Source of the DNA: Octopus vulgaris
Lineage: Eukaryota
Assembly: GCA_951406725.2 (NCBI GenBank)
Contig: OX597816.1
Span: forward strand, 121,520,001 to 121,584,000
DNA: 64,000 bases
Direction of reading: 5' to 3'
This document shows, one piece after another, positions 63,372-64,000 of the stretch. Each line of letters starts with the position of its first letter. The first letter of the stretch is position 1. The notes below the pieces were generated by a model. That model saw only the letters and a program-made list of their open reading frames with translations, made no database searches and was not told the DNA's origin. The translations under genes and the position numbers were made by a program.

Positions 63372-63935
63372 CCAAAGGATGAAAGCAAAGTCGACCTCGG
63401 CGGAATTTGAACTCAGAACGTAAAAACAGACGAAATACCGCAAAGTAATTCGCCCGGTGTGCTAACGTTTCTTATTTCTTTGTTGTCCACAAGGGGCTAA
63501 ACACAGAGGGAACAAACAAGGACAGCCAAAGGGATTAAGTCGATTACATCGACATCAGTGCGTAACTGGTACTTAATTTATCGACCCCGAAAGGATGAAA
63601 GACAAAGTCGACCTCGGCGGAATTTGAACTCAGAACGTAACGGCAGACGAAATACCTATTTCTTAACTACCCACAAGAGGCTGAACACAGAGGGGACAAA
63701 CAAGGACAGGCAAACGGATTTGGTCTCATCCCTACTACAAAAAGTAAGATATCAGATATAATAATATGATCAGAGAAAATGTAGAGCAAATCCCGACAAA
63801 AGTGAATGTTGTGTTAGAACACAAGGATGAAAGGCAAAGTCGACCTCGGCGGAATTTGAACTCAGGAACGTAACGGCAGACGAAATACGGCTACGCATTT
63901 CGCCCGGCGTGCTAACGATTCTGCCAGCTCGCCCC
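63372..63935 (-). mobile_element. stack of three SINE family B units with Tx1-like tails
   Basis: The core recurs at 63375, 63575 and 63825. Tails are at 63470-63540 and 63655-63720. Confidence 0.82.
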
Positions 63936-64000
63936 TTTATTTAGCTTTCAATATTAGTCCTGTCCTATTCTTAAAGTGCCGAAGTCGACTTTACCTTTCA

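Overview
This is repeat-dense eukaryotic (animal) DNA with no recognisable intact host protein-coding gene. The SINE families and the very high (TA)n/(ATAC)n/(CA)n microsatellite load suggest an octopus or other coleoid cephalopod (inference). Nearly all ORF-track entries are microsatellite translations. The window holds at least four SINE-like families, decayed non-LTR retrotransposons (R4/Dong, Tx1/L1, CR1, RTE, HERO/NeSL-like), three Tc1/mariner fossils, hAT-type MITEs and non-autonomous Helitrons. Three RNA-level or SINE-level signals stand out. (1) A dispersed ~200-240 bp element, in at least 9 copies, has no tRNA head; its 5' end can be drawn as an HDV-like ribozyme, and that head is amplified as a 107-bp tandem array at 1866-2482. 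(2) A family of ~200-bp Penelope-pLTR-like elements carries minimal hammerhead ribozyme motifs. (3) A SINE subfamily has a 3' tail matching the 3' end of a Tx1/L1 LINE in the same window. All ribozyme calls are hand-folded candidates and are not validated. Boundaries of decayed elements are approximate.
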